Below are positions 10,283 to 20,515 of a stretch of DNA of 64,000 bases, in pieces (within the stretch, counting starts at the first letter, position 1; each line of letters starts with the position of its first letter). Below the pieces are notes generated by a model. That model made no database searches and had not been told where the DNA came from. It saw nothing but the letters and a program-made list of their open reading frames with translations. The position numbers were made by a program, and so were the translations under genes. Origin of the DNA: Minisyncoccia bacterium (GTDB lineage Bacteria; Patescibacteriota; Minisyncoccia; Phycocordibacterales; UBA9973); assembly GCA_049287305.1 (NCBI GenBank), contig JBAQFO010000009.1:26259-90258 (forward strand), read 5' to 3'.

Positions 10283-10346
10283 GTGATTGTCTTATGTTGT
10301 TATTTGATAATGTAAGGTTCAGTATAGCAGATAACGCTCTAAAATT

Positions 10347-11105
10347 CTAATACCACGCAAGCTCTACTACTCCTATCTCGGAATTAGCACTGTTCACAAT
10401 TTCTTTGAATTTCGCGATATCACTAAACCCACCCTCTGTCCGGAAGTGGTATGGATAAACTTTTGCCGGCTTGAATGCAAGCACCGCGTCCGCCGCCTCT
10501 TCTACTCCCATGGTATATGGTAGATTCATGGCAACGAAAGCCATATCAATATTCTGCAATCTTTTCATCTCTGGAATACCGCCGGTGTCTCCGGAAATGT
10601 AAACCCGTGTTCCGTCTTTTTCCACGACATAGCCATTACCCCGGCCCTTCGGATGGCGGCTATCGGATGTCTCCGGGAAATTATACATTGGAACAGCTTC
10701 TACGGAGAAACCTTTCTCTTCCGCCTTTTGGCCATTTTTCATAACGTATAGAGTGCCAGGCACGCTATCAGGCAGCATGTCAGCCACGGCTACCGGAGCG
10801 ATAATTATTGTTTTTTCTTTTGAAAGAGCCTTAAGCGCTTCTACGTCCAAATGGTCTCCGTGGATGTCAGTGAGTAAAATTATGTCCGGTTCAGGTTTAC
10901 TCGCAAATTTTTCCGCCCCGACAGGGTCCGTGTATACGGCCATTCCTCCCCAATTCAAAATCATGCTCGCATGCGATATCGGCACAACTTCTGGAGCAGT
11001 TGTTGCGATATTTGTATTATTATCAGGGACGTTCGTTTTGTTACTCATAAGCACGATAAAAATTATAACCGCCATTAATAGTATTAAAATTAAAATTTTC
11101 TTCAT
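10347..11105 (-). CDS. Metallo-beta-lactamase-fold hydrolase with an N-terminal signal/TM segment
   Basis: HGDHLD motif (HxHxDH) and further His/Asp ligands; hydrophobic N-terminus. Confidence 0.6.
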   Translation of the reverse strand: MKKILILILLMAVIIFIVLMSNKTNVPDNNTNIATTAPEVVPISHASMILNWGGMAVYTDPVGAEKFASKPEPDIILLTDIHGDHLDVEALKALSKEKTIIIAPVAVADMLPDSVPGTLYVMKNGQKAEEKGFSVEAVPMYNFPETSDSRHPKGRGNGYVVEKDGTRVYISGDTGGIPEMKRLQNIDMAFVAMNLPYTMGVEEAADAVLAFKPAKVYPYHFRTEGGFSDIAKFKEIVNSANSEIGVVELAWY

Positions 11106-11156
11106 ATGTTTACGATTAAGCTAGTAATTGATTACACAATATATTATACACCAACT

Positions 11157-12062
11157 TTATTCTCCGCCATATGCGTGTTTTAATTTATCAATATCCAGCT
11201 TATGCATTGTAAGCATTGCTTTCATTACCCTTTCAGTTTTCACGGGGTCCTTGTCTCTCATAAGCTCATTCAGCACCGAGGGCATAACCTGCCAGGATAC
11301 CCCGAACTTGTCTTCTACCCACCCACATTGCCCGCACACTCCCGATATTCCTATCCTATCCCAAAAATAAGTTACTTCTTCTTCGTTTTTGCAGTCAATT
11401 ATAAGTGACACCGCCGGGGTGAAATTAAACTTATGCGGGAGTCCACTATCCATAGCAATAAATTCTTGATGGGCTAAAGAGAACGTCCCATGCACCACCT
11501 TGTCTTTTGCGTCTACTCCACTTCCATCATAGAACGCAATTTCTTTTATACTTGCTTCTTCCCCTCTGTTTTTTAAAAGTCCAGTGTAGAAATCCATCGC
11601 AGTTTTTGCTTTTCCATATTTACTCCCGGAAAACATTAAGAGCGGAGTAATTTTCTGAGGGCGTTTTGCTAGAATCATCTGCCATGACACTCCGAACTTG
11701 TCATTCACCCAGGCATATTTTTCGGCAAAAGGATATTTGGCAAACTCCATAAGAACATTGCCCCCATCGGATAATTTTTCGTAAAGCGTGTCTATTTCTT
11801 CCTCTGTTTCGCATCCGATAAAAAAAGAAATAGAAGGTGTAAATTTGAAATACGGCCCGCCGTTTAAGGCTAAAAATTTCTGCCCTGCAATTTCAAAATC
11901 CACCGTCATGACGGAGCCCTGCTTTCTGCCCGAAGCTTCTGCTCCAGACTTTCCATAATAAGTGATATGACTTATCTTGCTTCGCTCAAAGAGTGACGCA
12001 TAAAATTCCGCCGCTTCCAAAGCTTTGTCGTCAAACCATAAACATGGTGTTATTTTTTGCAT
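11157..12062 (-). CDS. VOC-superfamily protein with two tandem PhnB-like domains (3-demethylubiquinone-9 3-methyltransferase-like)
   Basis: Internal duplication: ITPCLWFDD..KFGVSWQ and ITPLLMFSG..KFGVSWQ. Confidence 0.55.
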   Translation of the reverse strand: MQKITPCLWFDDKALEAAEFYASLFERSKISHITYYGKSGAEASGRKQGSVMTVDFEIAGQKFLALNGGPYFKFTPSISFFIGCETEEEIDTLYEKLSDGGNVLMEFAKYPFAEKYAWVNDKFGVSWQMILAKRPQKITPLLMFSGSKYGKAKTAMDFYTGLLKNRGEEASIKEIAFYDGSGVDAKDKVVHGTFSLAHQEFIAMDSGLPHKFNFTPAVSLIIDCKNEEEVTYFWDRIGISGVCGQCGWVEDKFGVSWQVMPSVLNELMRDKDPVKTERVMKAMLTMHKLDIDKLKHAYGGE

Positions 12063-12063
12063 T

Positions 12064-13131
12064 TTAGTTCTGAGTAACGGAGTAATCCAAACTCTGAGTG
12101 ATTGTCATTGTCTCGTAACTATAATGATAGTTGGTGGCAAATACGGCGCCGATAACGGCCAGGACCGCGAGGCCGTTAGTGAGAATGTCTCGGTGGTGAT
12201 TTTTATTTTTTATCACGATATAAAGCGTCAGCGCCATTGCAATAATTGAGAAAATCACGGACATAATTATGTTGGTTGTATTTCTTGGAGAAGCCAGAAG
12301 TTTCTGCCATAACGCTGGTGTTGCCATGGGTTCTGTTTTTAAATCGGTTTTTATAGCCTCAGTGATGTTGTTAGAAGGCTCTGGTTTTGCCTCAGGGTCA
12401 GCTGGCACAAACTCAGCCCCGAGAACAGAGAGATCATTATTTTTTGCCTGCCCTGCTCTCTCCGCTACGGCAACCTGATTTTTTGATTGTTCAGCTTTTG
12501 GACTTATAGCCTGCGAAGAAGACACGGTGAAAGCCGGGTTCGCGTATACTTGCGCCACAAAAATAGTTTTTCTGCCTTTGTAAATACCCTTCGCTATGCC
12601 TGTGCCCATTTCCGTATAATTCCCCTTCACTATGTTTGCTTTGTGAGTAGGACTGTTGAGCCAAGCTTGTGTCACGTCTTTAGAATCGTGAAAGTTCACT
12701 GCCAAATTTTCTCCCGCATATTGATATTTATATCCGGCAAGCTCAAGCCAATACCATGGAGTTATGCCTTCGGGGCTAGTGTGAGCAAAGTATCCCTTGG
12801 TAGCCATATCTTCCGCTTTCATTTCCGCCGCCTTGTTTAAAATAGGGCTCACTATGAGCTGTCCCAGATTCTGAGAAGCGCGTTCTTCATTCGTAAGTTC
12901 CCCCAAAACAGCCGGCAAAACAGCAGCCATATTCCCAACGAGATTTAGATTTCCGACAACGGGAATAAGAAAAGAAAAAATTTCAAAAAATAAGATGAGA
13001 ACAATAAGATTGCGAGTGCTGTAGTCACGCAGAATATGCGGACGGTGTTCGTTGCCCGCATGCGGAATAAAATGTTTTTTAAGCCAAGAAAACATCTGAA
13101 TATTATAACAACGAATGAGGAGAAAAGTCAA
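12064..13131 (-). CDS. CAP/SCP (PR-1-like, YkwD-like) domain protein with TM segments
   Basis: GYFAHTSPEG ... AGENLAVNF ... AWLNSPTHKANI motifs. Hydrophobic segments at the N- and C-termini. The true start may be internal. Confidence 0.55.
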   Translation of the reverse strand: MTFLLIRCYNIQMFSWLKKHFIPHAGNEHRPHILRDYSTRNLIVLILFFEIFSFLIPVVGNLNLVGNMAAVLPAVLGELTNEERASQNLGQLIVSPILNKAAEMKAEDMATKGYFAHTSPEGITPWYWLELAGYKYQYAGENLAVNFHDSKDVTQAWLNSPTHKANIVKGNYTEMGTGIAKGIYKGRKTIFVAQVYANPAFTVSSSQAISPKAEQSKNQVAVAERAGQAKNNDLSVLGAEFVPADPEAKPEPSNNITEAIKTDLKTEPMATPALWQKLLASPRNTTNIIMSVIFSIIAMALTLYIVIKNKNHHRDILTNGLAVLAVIGAVFATNYHYSYETMTITQSLDYSVTQN

Positions 13132-13186
13132 ATTTATTTGCTTATTCTCCGAATGACGTTGTTATATGGTAACCCATATAACAAAC

Positions 13187-13216
13187 AAAACCCCACCTGT
13201 CCAGGTGGGGTTTTGT
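13187..13216. terminator. Bidirectional rho-independent terminator hairpin
   Basis: aaaaccccacctgtccaggtggggtttt: a GC-rich stem with A/T runs on both sides, between convergent genes. Confidence 0.6.
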
Positions 13217-13243
13217 GATTTAATTTATAAGAGTTAATTTAGA

Positions 13244-16200
13244 TTATTTATTTAGCACTGCTCGAGTCAGAGGTCCTACGATTCCATCCCCTTTCAAGCC
13301 GTTAGCTAATTGGAATTTAACAACAGCCGCTTTGGTTAAAGGTCCGAACTTACCATCAACTACAAGGGGTCCATAGCCCGCGGTGTTTAGGAACTTCTGA
13401 AGTTCCATAACTTCTGCTGGCGCCACTACACCCTGCTTCAACAGAAGAGTGAAGACAAATTGAGGACCAGTTTCCGCACCGAGAACTTCCCCTGGAGCTG
13501 GATTAGACGGAGTTCGTGACCTACTACCTCCCCCACTTGAGCTAGGGCTGTTTATGTTGGCGGTTGTGTTGGCTGTGGTATTAAGCAAGTTGTAATTTCC
13601 CGCGTCTGCTCCTGATATTGCTATACCAACAACAGAAACAGGTATTGATGTTCCCACCGCATCGTTTGCAAACGAAGCCGAAGTATAAGTAGCGGTGAAT
13701 ATATCTCCAGCCACACGATTGTCAAAGAGGTCTACAGTGGCAACGGTAGTGTTGTCATATGTCTTGTCTATTCCCGTGGCTGTAACCGTTAAGTCTCTCG
13801 GAATAACATTTACCGTGCGTGTTACTTCCGTGGCAGCATTGGTTGCCGCGTCTGAAACATTGTATCGGACCGTGTAAGCACCCAATACACTAGTATCAAC
13901 AGGATTTGTAACTACAATTGAGCCCGTGAGGTCTCCATCAACGATATCTAAGGCTGTAGCCCCGGCATCAACATATACGGAGCCATATTGGACATCTACA
14001 GGACTTACACCAAGCATTGTAATGTCCGGAGCAGTCGTATCTTCAACGATTACATCAAAAGTTTCTGAAGTTGCCACGTTCCCGGCTGTGTCAGCCTTGT
14101 CACAAGTAACGAGAGTAGTTCCCAGCGCAAAGGTTGAACCAGAGACTGGAGAACATGTTGCAGAAGCTGTAGCATCTATGTTGTCTGTCGCATCAGGAGA
14201 CGTGTAATTTACAACTGCACCTAAACCTGAAGTAGCTTCTTCTGTTTCGTCAGAATGAGAATCAATAACTGGAGCAGTTCTGTCAAAAGTTACCGAACTA
14301 GCATCAGTCACAGCCGTAACTGTAGTGCCGGCATTTCCTACAATATCAGAGAAATCTATGGTAAATGCCACTGTTCCTTCCGTATCTCCTCCTGTCATTA
14401 TGTAAGTAGCGCTCCAAGCTGTTGGTCCGCCAGAAACAACGGCAACATTGCCACCGATGGTAACCACAGGAGTCTGAATATCTTCTGAAGAACTAAAAGC
14501 TAAAGTCACTGTGTCGCCGACTTTTGCATAAGCCGTATTCGCATTGTTGGAAGAAATGTTAACTGAAGTTAACGTTGGGTCTGTAGTGTCTATGGTGAAT
14601 GCGGAAGCCGCTAGTAAATTGCTCAAGTTCCCTGCCGCATCGGTCACTCTAACGGTGCAATTATATGTGCCATCCAAGAGTGAATCAAATGTTACTGTAT
14701 TGGAGCCTGCTGAAGCCGAAGCAGTTCCGCTAGAACATCCTCCGCCGTAAGTTATATCTCCGGCTTCATCCGAGCTGAAAGTATAATCAGGGGTATCATC
14801 CGTATCTAGCGGCGGCACCGGAGTAACTTCAGCAATTACTGGAGACACACTATCATAAGTAATTCCAAATTGAGTCGCTGCTGTGCTGTTATTTCCAGCA
14901 GTATCAATAGCAGAATTTATATCAATATCAACAGTCATCAAACCTTGTATCACAGGCACAACACCGAAGTTATAAACTGTTGCGCTTGCTGGAACAAAAC
15001 TACTTAAAATTCCATTCACTAAATCTATGTCCGCACCAGAAAATCCTGTTACGTCTTCAGAAAATGTTGCGGTGAAAGGCACTGGAGACGTATTGGTTGG
15101 GTCTGTTTCTGTAGAAGATATTGTGACATCTGGTGGAACTGTATCAATTGTAAAATCTGATACATCGAGAATATTACTTACATTTGTACTTACATCCGTA
15201 ACTGTAATTGTGCAGTTAGTATGCGGTCCATCTGAAAGTGAGTCAAAAGTAATTGTGTTAGGTCCTACAACAGCAGCTGATGCGGGTAATACGCAATCTC
15301 CGCCTACAGTAATAGCACCTGCTTCTCCTGAACTAAAAGTGTAATCAGGAGTTGAGTCGTTGTCGGGTGTTGGAACAGGAGTAACTTCTGAAATAACCGG
15401 AGCTACGCCATCGCTTGGAATAACTGGTCCAGCTACTGGAGCGGGATTCCCCGCTAAGTCTGTAACTGAGCCGGTGTAGTTTATAGCCGGAGTTTCGGAA
15501 GTTGCAAAAGGAACAGTTACCGTAAGCCTTACAACGCCCGGTGCAAATTCAAAAGCATCCGGTGCAGTAAGCGTGTAGCCTGTAACATTAAAGTCAGCGT
15601 TAGTGACCGTTGCGCCATTTAAATCTTCGCTAAAAGTAACATCAATAGTTGTGGTAGAGGTGGTTTCAGCAGAATCAAGAGTAGGTGCTTCCGCGTCTAT
15701 CGCTAAAGTGTTGGCAATCACATCGGTGTAAGCTACGTTTGAGTTTAAATTATTATCTTCAAGCACAACACTTACGGGAACGTTGCCCGCAGTCCTGTTC
15801 GTATCTCCCGCGACAACGGTGTAGGTAACGGAATAAGAATTGTTAGCATTATCAGTGAATCCGGCTACTGCTTCTCCGTTAATTGTTATAGCGTCTTCCA
15901 CGTATCCAATCTGGTCTGCTGTAATATTGAGAGTAATTACATCCCCGATCTTTGCTGTTCCATTATCGGGAGAAAAAGATACTAAAGAAATATCAGGCGG
16001 GGTTATGTCTACAACTGTTGAAGCATAAATAAATGCAGTCCCAGCTGAACTTGCTGAACAAGTAATTTTTATATCATCTTCAGAACAAGCGACATCTGCG
16101 TTGGCGTCTACTAATGGCGCAAGAGCCTCAACAACCGACTGCACAGTGTTACCGCCGGTTGCAAGATAATTGTAAGGAGTTCCGTTGATTGTAACTCTAA

Positions 16201-17167
16201 AAGTTTCTCCTGCGGTTACTGAAGCGGGGGTGAATGTTACCACTTGAGAAATAGCAGTTCTGTTTGTTGCTCCTGATGTCTGAGTAAATCCAACACCAGC
16301 AACTTTAGCTGTAAGAGTAATAACATTTGTAGCAACTCCAGAAGTAAAATCTTGTCCGGCATATCCTAATGAAGTTTGGATGGCTGTATTAAGTCCTGTA
16401 GCAATAAGATCATTAGTAGTATCAGTAACTAGAACTGTGTAATTTACCGCACCGACCGTAGGAAGCGTTGCAGTAAACACATCGCCTTCTTCAGGTGTGC
16501 CGCTGATAGTTATTGTATTAATTTGGGCTGTAGCATCGGTTCCGCCAGCTAAAGAAGTTACGCCTACGGTACCAACAGTTGAAGCATCTCCTCCTGAAGC
16601 TGTAATGTCACTTGTTACATCATTTGTAATAGTTACAGTAACAAAGCCCCCTTGAACAGCTCCGCTGGCTGACATATTTAATGCCTGAACTACGCTCGCG
16701 CGAGTTACGTTAATTGGGTTACTGCCATCGGCATTAGGATGAGAATTATGAACAACTGTAGCCAAAATGTCACTCCCGGTTTTCGTAATTACTATAGTAG
16801 CATTAGTGGAAGCTCCGTTATTTGAAGTTGATTGAACAACTTCAATAGAAAACGTATTGCCTGCTGACCCCGCAACATCTGCAGTAACAGTTATGTTAGT
16901 ATCAACAGTGATTGTAGCTGCTACTGTTCCAGAATTTGCTTGAGGTGTTGCTGTTACCGCAGCTTGATCATTTACTCCCGCGGGAACGTTTGCAACAGGT
17001 GTTGCTGTAACTGCATCTTGATCATTAACCGCGGTAAGATTTGCAACAGTTTCATTAGCAATAAAAGTGCTAGTTATCGCCGCTTCCAAATTTGTAATAA
17101 AAAAACCACCGACTATTAAAGCTAAAACCATTAGTCCAAAACGAAAAACGAAGGTCATTTTTTTCAT
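13244..17167 (-). CDS. Giant secreted surface protein (1307 aa), Thr/Val/Ala-rich Ig-like repeats with a C-terminal peptidoglycan-binding domain
   Basis: An N-terminal signal peptide. Internal duplicated modules (EVTPVPTPDNDSTPDYTFSSGEAGAITVGGDC / EVTPVPPLDTDDTPDYTFSSDEAGDITYGGGC). The C-terminal ~60 aa look like a PG_binding_1 fold (LxxFL...DGxFGxxTxxAVxxFQ). Confidence 0.8.
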   Translation of the reverse strand: MKKMTFVFRFGLMVLALIVGGFFITNLEAAITSTFIANETVANLTAVNDQDAVTATPVANVPAGVNDQAAVTATPQANSGTVAATITVDTNITVTADVAGSAGNTFSIEVVQSTSNNGASTNATIVITKTGSDILATVVHNSHPNADGSNPINVTRASVVQALNMSASGAVQGGFVTVTITNDVTSDITASGGDASTVGTVGVTSLAGGTDATAQINTITISGTPEEGDVFTATLPTVGAVNYTVLVTDTTNDLIATGLNTAIQTSLGYAGQDFTSGVATNVITLTAKVAGVGFTQTSGATNRTAISQVVTFTPASVTAGETFRVTINGTPYNYLATGGNTVQSVVEALAPLVDANADVACSEDDIKITCSASSAGTAFIYASTVVDITPPDISLVSFSPDNGTAKIGDVITLNITADQIGYVEDAITINGEAVAGFTDNANNSYSVTYTVVAGDTNRTAGNVPVSVVLEDNNLNSNVAYTDVIANTLAIDAEAPTLDSAETTSTTTIDVTFSEDLNGATVTNADFNVTGYTLTAPDAFEFAPGVVRLTVTVPFATSETPAINYTGSVTDLAGNPAPVAGPVIPSDGVAPVISEVTPVPTPDNDSTPDYTFSSGEAGAITVGGDCVLPASAAVVGPNTITFDSLSDGPHTNCTITVTDVSTNVSNILDVSDFTIDTVPPDVTISSTETDPTNTSPVPFTATFSEDVTGFSGADIDLVNGILSSFVPASATVYNFGVVPVIQGLMTVDIDINSAIDTAGNNSTAATQFGITYDSVSPVIAEVTPVPPLDTDDTPDYTFSSDEAGDITYGGGCSSGTASASAGSNTVTFDSLLDGTYNCTVRVTDAAGNLSNLLAASAFTIDTTDPTLTSVNISSNNANTAYAKVGDTVTLAFSSSEDIQTPVVTIGGNVAVVSGGPTAWSATYIMTGGDTEGTVAFTIDFSDIVGNAGTTVTAVTDASSVTFDRTAPVIDSHSDETEEATSGLGAVVNYTSPDATDNIDATASATCSPVSGSTFALGTTLVTCDKADTAGNVATSETFDVIVEDTTAPDITMLGVSPVDVQYGSVYVDAGATALDIVDGDLTGSIVVTNPVDTSVLGAYTVRYNVSDAATNAATEVTRTVNVIPRDLTVTATGIDKTYDNTTVATVDLFDNRVAGDIFTATYTSASFANDAVGTSIPVSVVGIAISGADAGNYNLLNTTANTTANINSPSSSGGGSRSRTPSNPAPGEVLGAETGPQFVFTLLLKQGVVAPAEVMELQKFLNTAGYGPLVVDGKFGPLTKAAVVKFQLANGLKGDGIVGPLTRAVLNK

Positions 17168-17394
17168 ATTTATTTTTACTAATTTAATAAAAGTATCGTT
17201 TAAAAAGCATTCCTGCTTATTAAGAAAAACGTAGTTATAATACCTGAGATTAAGTTAACCCCGAGTTAATGTCAATAAAAAAGGTGTATAAAAAGTGGAT
17301 AAAACATAATGCTAAGGCAAAACCATTCGCCTTTTTAGCCAAGTTTTAAAAGGACATTTAGGACATCCTTTTGGAACCCCTTATTTTTCCACTT

Positions 17395-17823
17395 CTATTG
17401 TGGTTTGAAAACCATATTTTCCAGCTTGAAAGTTGCATACCCAAGCAGCCCCAGCTGGACGACAGGAGTTAGCCCTATGTTTAAAAACGGAATTAAAGGC
17501 ATCAAATCTTTGTATACCCACCTGTCTGTGGATAAGGCATAGAACTCTATAATTATTGAAATAATCACTCCTAAAACAACAATAAGCCAATCATATTTCT
17601 TAAGCTTGGAACGGAGAATGAAAGGCAGGGTTATGAAAACAATATAAACAGCATCCGATAGCGTCGCCCGAAGCAAGATAAACTGGCTTATTTCTCCCCC
17701 TTTATAGCTTTCATATAAAACCGAATGCAAATTCTCCCAAATCACGTTCATCACAAAAGCAGCTATAAATATAAAAATAATTCTTCTAAAGGTATTACTT
17801 GCCACCACAACATTATAACTCAA
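17395..17823 (-). CDS. Hypothetical polytopic membrane protein
   Basis: 142 aa with 4 predicted hydrophobic helices. Confidence 0.35.
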   Translation of the reverse strand: MSYNVVVASNTFRRIIFIFIAAFVMNVIWENLHSVLYESYKGGEISQFILLRATLSDAVYIVFITLPFILRSKLKKYDWLIVVLGVIISIIIEFYALSTDRWVYKDLMPLIPFLNIGLTPVVQLGLLGYATFKLENMVFKPQ

Positions 17824-17911
17824 ATTTTCAGTAATATAATCCTTTCTCGCTCGGCATAGTATATAGCAATGCTGTCGAAGGCATTTTTATAAACATTATC
17901 TTAAAAAACAA

Positions 17912-18292
17912 ATGAAAACTTCAAAAATTATTGTCGAGCTAGTATTGTTACTAATTCTCTTGGTAGCTGTTAACGCAAGCGCATCTGAAGTCACAGGTAG
18001 CTTGTCTTCCGGAGTAGCTGCCACCGGAGGAAGTATCGGAGGGTCTGTAGGAGGAAGCACCATCGGTGGCACAGTAGGAAGCAGTAGCGGAAGCAGCAGT
18101 AGTGGTGGAGGTGGTTCGGTTTTGGGAGCATCTACCGGAGGCAGTGGAGGCGAAGTTTTGGGCGCGTCAACTTCCCCGTTCTTTCCCGCAACAGGACTTG
18201 GTTCTAATTACGATTCAGCCATCGCGGGATTAATCCTATTCGTCGCAACTTTGGCTATGTATGGATTTTATCGCGCCACGAAAAACGCCTAG
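17912..18292 (+). CDS. Gly/Ser-rich secreted protein with a C-terminal cell-wall-sorting-like signal (probable sortase substrate)
   Basis: A signal peptide, a GGS-rich low-complexity body, then FPATG followed by a hydrophobic helix and a basic tail (YRATKNA). Immediately upstream of the sortase gene. Confidence 0.55.
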   Translation: MKTSKIIVELVLLLILLVAVNASASEVTGSLSSGVAATGGSIGGSVGGSTIGGTVGSSSGSSSSGGGGSVLGASTGGSGGEVLGASTSPFFPATGLGSNYDSAIAGLILFVATLAMYGFYRATKNA

Positions 18293-18299
18293 CAGAATT

Positions 18300-18863
18300 A
18301 TGCGTTTCGGAGTTTTGTTGTTAGCTTTTCTTTCCCTTCTGCTTGGAATGTATTTCATCGTGGGTAATTTTTATTTTAACGAAAGCTCTTTCCCGGCCAA
18401 CATATTTGTTCCCCCTCCGATATCAAACTTTCCTGTCAGGATTATTATTCCAAACCTGAAAATAGATAGTGTGGTGAAACCGGTGGGTCTGACAAAACAA
18501 AAATCCATGGACGTCCCTAAGGGACCAATGGAAACAGGATGGTATAGTCTTGGCCCGCGACCGGGAGACATTGGGAGCTCCGTGATAGCGGGACACAGAG
18601 GTTTCCGCACAGGGCCCGCTGTTTTTGATAATTTACATAAAATTAAAGTCGGGGACGAAGTTCACGTGGAAGATGACAAAGGTGTAAACTATGTTTTCGT
18701 CGTTCGCGAAATACGAACATATGGCGCAAAGGAAAATATCCCGGAGGTCTGGAACAAAAACGATATTGCTCACCTCAACCTCATAACCTGTTCGGGAAAG
18801 TGGAATCCTGTGACCCGAACATCAGACGAACGGCTGGTTGTGTTTACCGACCTCGTGAATTAA
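18300..18863 (+). CDS. Sortase-family transpeptidase
   Basis: N-terminal TM anchor, catalytic His (VIAGHR), Cys (NLITCSG) and a downstream Arg. The start is taken at the internal ATG at 18300 rather than the overlapping ORF-track start. Confidence 0.75.
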   Translation: MRFGVLLLAFLSLLLGMYFIVGNFYFNESSFPANIFVPPPISNFPVRIIIPNLKIDSVVKPVGLTKQKSMDVPKGPMETGWYSLGPRPGDIGSSVIAGHRGFRTGPAVFDNLHKIKVGDEVHVEDDKGVNYVFVVREIRTYGAKENIPEVWNKNDIAHLNLITCSGKWNPVTRTSDERLVVFTDLVN

Positions 18864-18866
18864 AAA

Positions 18867-19652
18867 TTACCTGAGATAAGTATCTATATTTTTCTTGTGC
18901 TCTTCGTATGTTTTCGTGCAGTGAATTTTCCTGTTTCTGTCGTGAAGGTAAAACAAGCATTCGGTCTTTTGCGGATTATAAGCCGCCGAAATAGCGTCAA
19001 TTCCCGGGTTTGATATCGGACCGGGAGGCAGTCCTTCGTGCATATAAGTATTGTAAGAAGATTTTATTTTTTTATCAGCAGAACTTACTTGCCCCCACCA
19101 TCCATCTTCCTCGGTTCCTTTGACGTATTGGAGAGTGGCATCTATTTGAAGCTTCATCCCGTTAAAAAGGCGATTCCAAATAATGCCAGATATTAGATTC
19201 ATATCGTTCTTGCCTGCCGCTTCTCTCTGAATGAGAGAAGCTATCTTGAGAACCGTATCTTCGTTTGTTATTTTTGAAGATTTGGATTTTTTAATTTTGC
19301 CTACTTGGGTTTTAAATTCCTCGGCCATTGTCGCGCCAACTGTCACCGGTTTTGCATCTTTATATATCAGATATGTTTTCGGGAAATAATGTCCCTCAAT
19401 TTTCACGCTATTCATAAACTCTTTTTTCTCCGTGTCGTCCCAATCAAGTTTGTCCCCCACCACTTCCGCCACTTGTTCCCGACGAAGCCCTTCCTCCACC
19501 CGAACTATTGTTATGTAAGGATTCGCCAAATTTACATAAAAAGAAAGCTGTCTTAAAACCGCCGGGTCAAATTTATAATAGAAAAATACGGACAAAATTA
19601 TAGAAATCAGGAAAAGTGGCAATAGTAGAATGTATTTTTTGAGGTGTTTCAT
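18867..19652 (-). CDS. mltG: Endolytic murein transglycosylase MltG (YceG family)
   Basis: N-terminal TM segment and a SYNTYMHEGLPPGPISNPG motif characteristic of MltG. Confidence 0.8.
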   Translation of the reverse strand: MKHLKKYILLLPLFLISIILSVFFYYKFDPAVLRQLSFYVNLANPYITIVRVEEGLRREQVAEVVGDKLDWDDTEKKEFMNSVKIEGHYFPKTYLIYKDAKPVTVGATMAEEFKTQVGKIKKSKSSKITNEDTVLKIASLIQREAAGKNDMNLISGIIWNRLFNGMKLQIDATLQYVKGTEEDGWWGQVSSADKKIKSSYNTYMHEGLPPGPISNPGIDAISAAYNPQKTECLFYLHDRNRKIHCTKTYEEHKKNIDTYLR

Positions 19653-19806
19653 ATAAACAATAATAAGATTATATCATTTCCAACATGTATTAAGAAGTTA
19701 TTTGTAATAAAAAATATAGATATTAAAGTTGGGAAAAGAAAAGTCACCCGGCACAGAAGTGTCAGGTGACTCTTCTCTGCTACGGGTGACGGATGACTAC
19801 CAAAAC

Positions 19807-20475
19807 TCACATGATGAAGTGGATTCCCCCGACGATTCGGGGTTCCCGCTTTTCCATGTGCAGAAGCGGGAGAGAGAATTTCACGGCTGGCATTACGGTG
19901 ACCTTACCCTTCTTCGTGGGCAGGCCGACCTCGTAACGAAGGGAGAACCCCTGTTCCCCCTTGAAGATGCCGGTGTCATACATCAGCCAGCCCCCGTGGA
20001 AGAACTTTCCGCTCGTCAGCTTGCCATTTGTGGCGAAACCGACACGGAGAAGTGTTCCCGCGTCACCGGTGCTGTTGGTGGGCAGAATGGGACTGAGCAT
20101 GAAAAACAGCTCAGCGTCCTTCCCGACGGCGACGAAGCCGCGCATGTCCACCTGCACCAAGTTGGCGGTGCTCCCGCCGGCGTGCCTGATGTAGAACACC
20201 TTCAGGGCGGTGTTTTTCCCCTTCCATCCAGCGGCGATGTCCGCCTCTCGTCCTTTGTTCTCGCCGGCCGAGCCCCAAACGCCGAGGCTGAGCCCATGAG
20301 CGAAGGCCTGGTCGACGGACAGGTAGAGGATGGGCTCTTCGCTCGCCCGGTCGCCGTTGTCCACGACGAAGCTGGACCAACCACCGAAGGTGATGCTGGT
20401 CTGAGCGGTAGCGGGGGTGAAGGACGCCAGCACGAGAGCGAGGGTGAGGGCAACCAAAACCATTCTGTGTTTCAT
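19807..20475 (-). CDS. Secreted beta-strand-rich protein (possible beta-barrel/porin-like), encoded in a ~60% GC island
   Basis: Signal peptide MKHRMVLVALTLALVLASFTPATAQ, then an alternating hydrophobic pattern. Local GC is far above the surroundings. An RBS and the TTGCGACAC motif lie upstream, and a terminator hairpin lies downstream at ~19745-19790. Confidence 0.5.
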   Translation of the reverse strand: MKHRMVLVALTLALVLASFTPATAQTSITFGGWSSFVVDNGDRASEEPILYLSVDQAFAHGLSLGVWGSAGENKGREADIAAGWKGKNTALKVFYIRHAGGSTANLVQVDMRGFVAVGKDAELFFMLSPILPTNSTGDAGTLLRVGFATNGKLTSGKFFHGGWLMYDTGIFKGEQGFSLRYEVGLPTKKGKVTVMPAVKFSLPLLHMEKREPRIVGGIHFIM

Positions 20476-20515
20476 GATTTCTCCTTACGCTGTTTGTGTT
20501 TGTTGTTGGTGTATT

